This document shows, one piece after another, positions 63,578 through 64,000 of a stretch of DNA of 64,000 bases (within the stretch, counting starts at the first letter, position 1; each line of letters opens with the position of its first letter). A program made the position numbers and the translations under genes. Source of the stretch: Candidatus Omnitrophota bacterium. Its GTDB lineage: Bacteria; Omnitrophota; Gorgyraeia; Zapsychrales; Zapsychraceae. The DNA lies in the NCBI GenBank assembly GCA_020632515.1, contig JACKFK010000004.1:192068-256067 (forward strand), in the 5' to 3' direction. The notes beneath the pieces are model-generated. The model was given only the letters and a program-made list of their open reading frames with translations. It made no database searches and had not been told where the DNA came from.

Positions 63578-63708
63578 TTATGCCTGAAGAACAGAATATC
63601 AGTGGGTATTTATGAATCTAGAATATTATCAGAGGATTTCAGCAGGAAATTCTAAAGATTCTTATATTATTTATGGAGGGGCCCGCATCAGAAAAGATTT
63701 ATAGGTGT

Positions 63709-63744
63709 CAACCAATCCAACTTCCGAAGTTGGGCTAGGTTTTC
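63709..63744 (+). repeat. 33-nt hairpin motif, copy 7 (variant)
   Basis: CAACCAATCCAACTTCCGAAGTTGGGCTAGGTTTT. Confidence 0.7.
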
Positions 63745-63790
63745 TACAAGATTCTTGCATAATTTCCTACTTTTAAGTACAATAACCCTC

Positions 63791-64000
63791 ATGTTATTCG
63801 GACAGAAAAAAGAAAGCAAAGGTATCCGCATCTTGATTGCAGACGATAATGAAGTTGATCGGACTTTGATTGAGAAAACCCTGGAAAAAGAAGGGTACGC
63901 GGTGATCAAAGCGGAAAACGGTCAGCAAGCTATGGATTTAGCGCAGTCGCAAAAGCCGGATGTGATTGTACTCGACTGTGAGATGCCGGTGATGGGCGGG
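63791..64000 (+). CDS. response regulator receiver domain (3' end outside window)
   Basis: Translates to MLFGQKKESKGIRILIADDNEVDRTLIEKTLEKEGYAVIKAENGQQAMDLAQSQKPDVIVLDCEMPVMGG, with the DD...D acidic pocket. It is absent from the ORF track because no stop falls within the window. Confidence 0.85.
   Translation, partial: MLFGQKKESKGIRILIADDNEVDRTLIEKTLEKEGYAVIKAENGQQAMDLAQSQKPDVIVLDCEMPVMGG

Noticed and set aside
63688-63909. Minus-strand 73-aa ORF at the right edge.
   Set aside because: It overlaps the clearly recognisable + strand response-regulator receiver domain starting at 63791.

Overview
All calls come from reading the sequence and recognising motifs; no database search was possible. 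The window is AT-rich, looks like a Gram-negative-type and probably uncultivated bacterium, and has 53 of 56 called genes on the + strand. It is essentially one very large surface-polysaccharide locus.

Layout:
(1) 1-4.8 kb: OM barrel, WbaP-like initiating transferase, Wza, and a Wzc-like co-polymerase.
(2) 4.9-20.7 kb: first Wzx/Wzy set with GT2/GT4 enzymes, a secreted 10-blade BNR propeller, two CapK/PaaK-like adenylating enzymes and a Glu/Leu/Phe/Val-type dehydrogenase.
(3) 20.7-41.8 kb: sugar-nucleotide and PAPS genes (wecG-like, wecB, cysC, cysQ, gmd, fcl). They are interleaved with accessory genes: two identical IS110-family elements, MNT/HEPN, AbiEi/AbiEii, and three COG1373-type AAA+ ATPases.
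(4) 41.8-58.4 kb: a UDP-GlcA-4-epimerase-like gene, then a second Wzx/Wzy cluster that is visibly more AT-rich between 42.7 and 53.6 kb. It holds six GT4s, an AsnB-like enzyme, an acetyltransferase and a sulfotransferase-like gene.
(5) 58.5-64 kb: a TA-like islet, a fourth AAA+ ATPase, a tetR-CMD-MAPEG unit and the start of a response regulator.

Most unusual signals:
(a) Every intergenic gap between 20.7 and 41.8 kb (about 4.1 kb in total) is built from one polar vocabulary of 7-mer and 8-mer arrays, a 58-nt GTGAC-box unit and three hairpin families. This splits the zone into single-gene units.
(b) An IS110-family element has inserted twice at exactly the same position of the heptamer module. 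An intact empty site is present in the window, and a 180-nt 3' non-coding tail is a candidate guide RNA.
(c) A perfect 3 x 205-bp structured tandem repeat sits in an ORF-free gap upstream of the first wzx.
(d) There is sequence evidence for a PAPS-dependent sulfated, amino-acid- or amide-decorated glycan.
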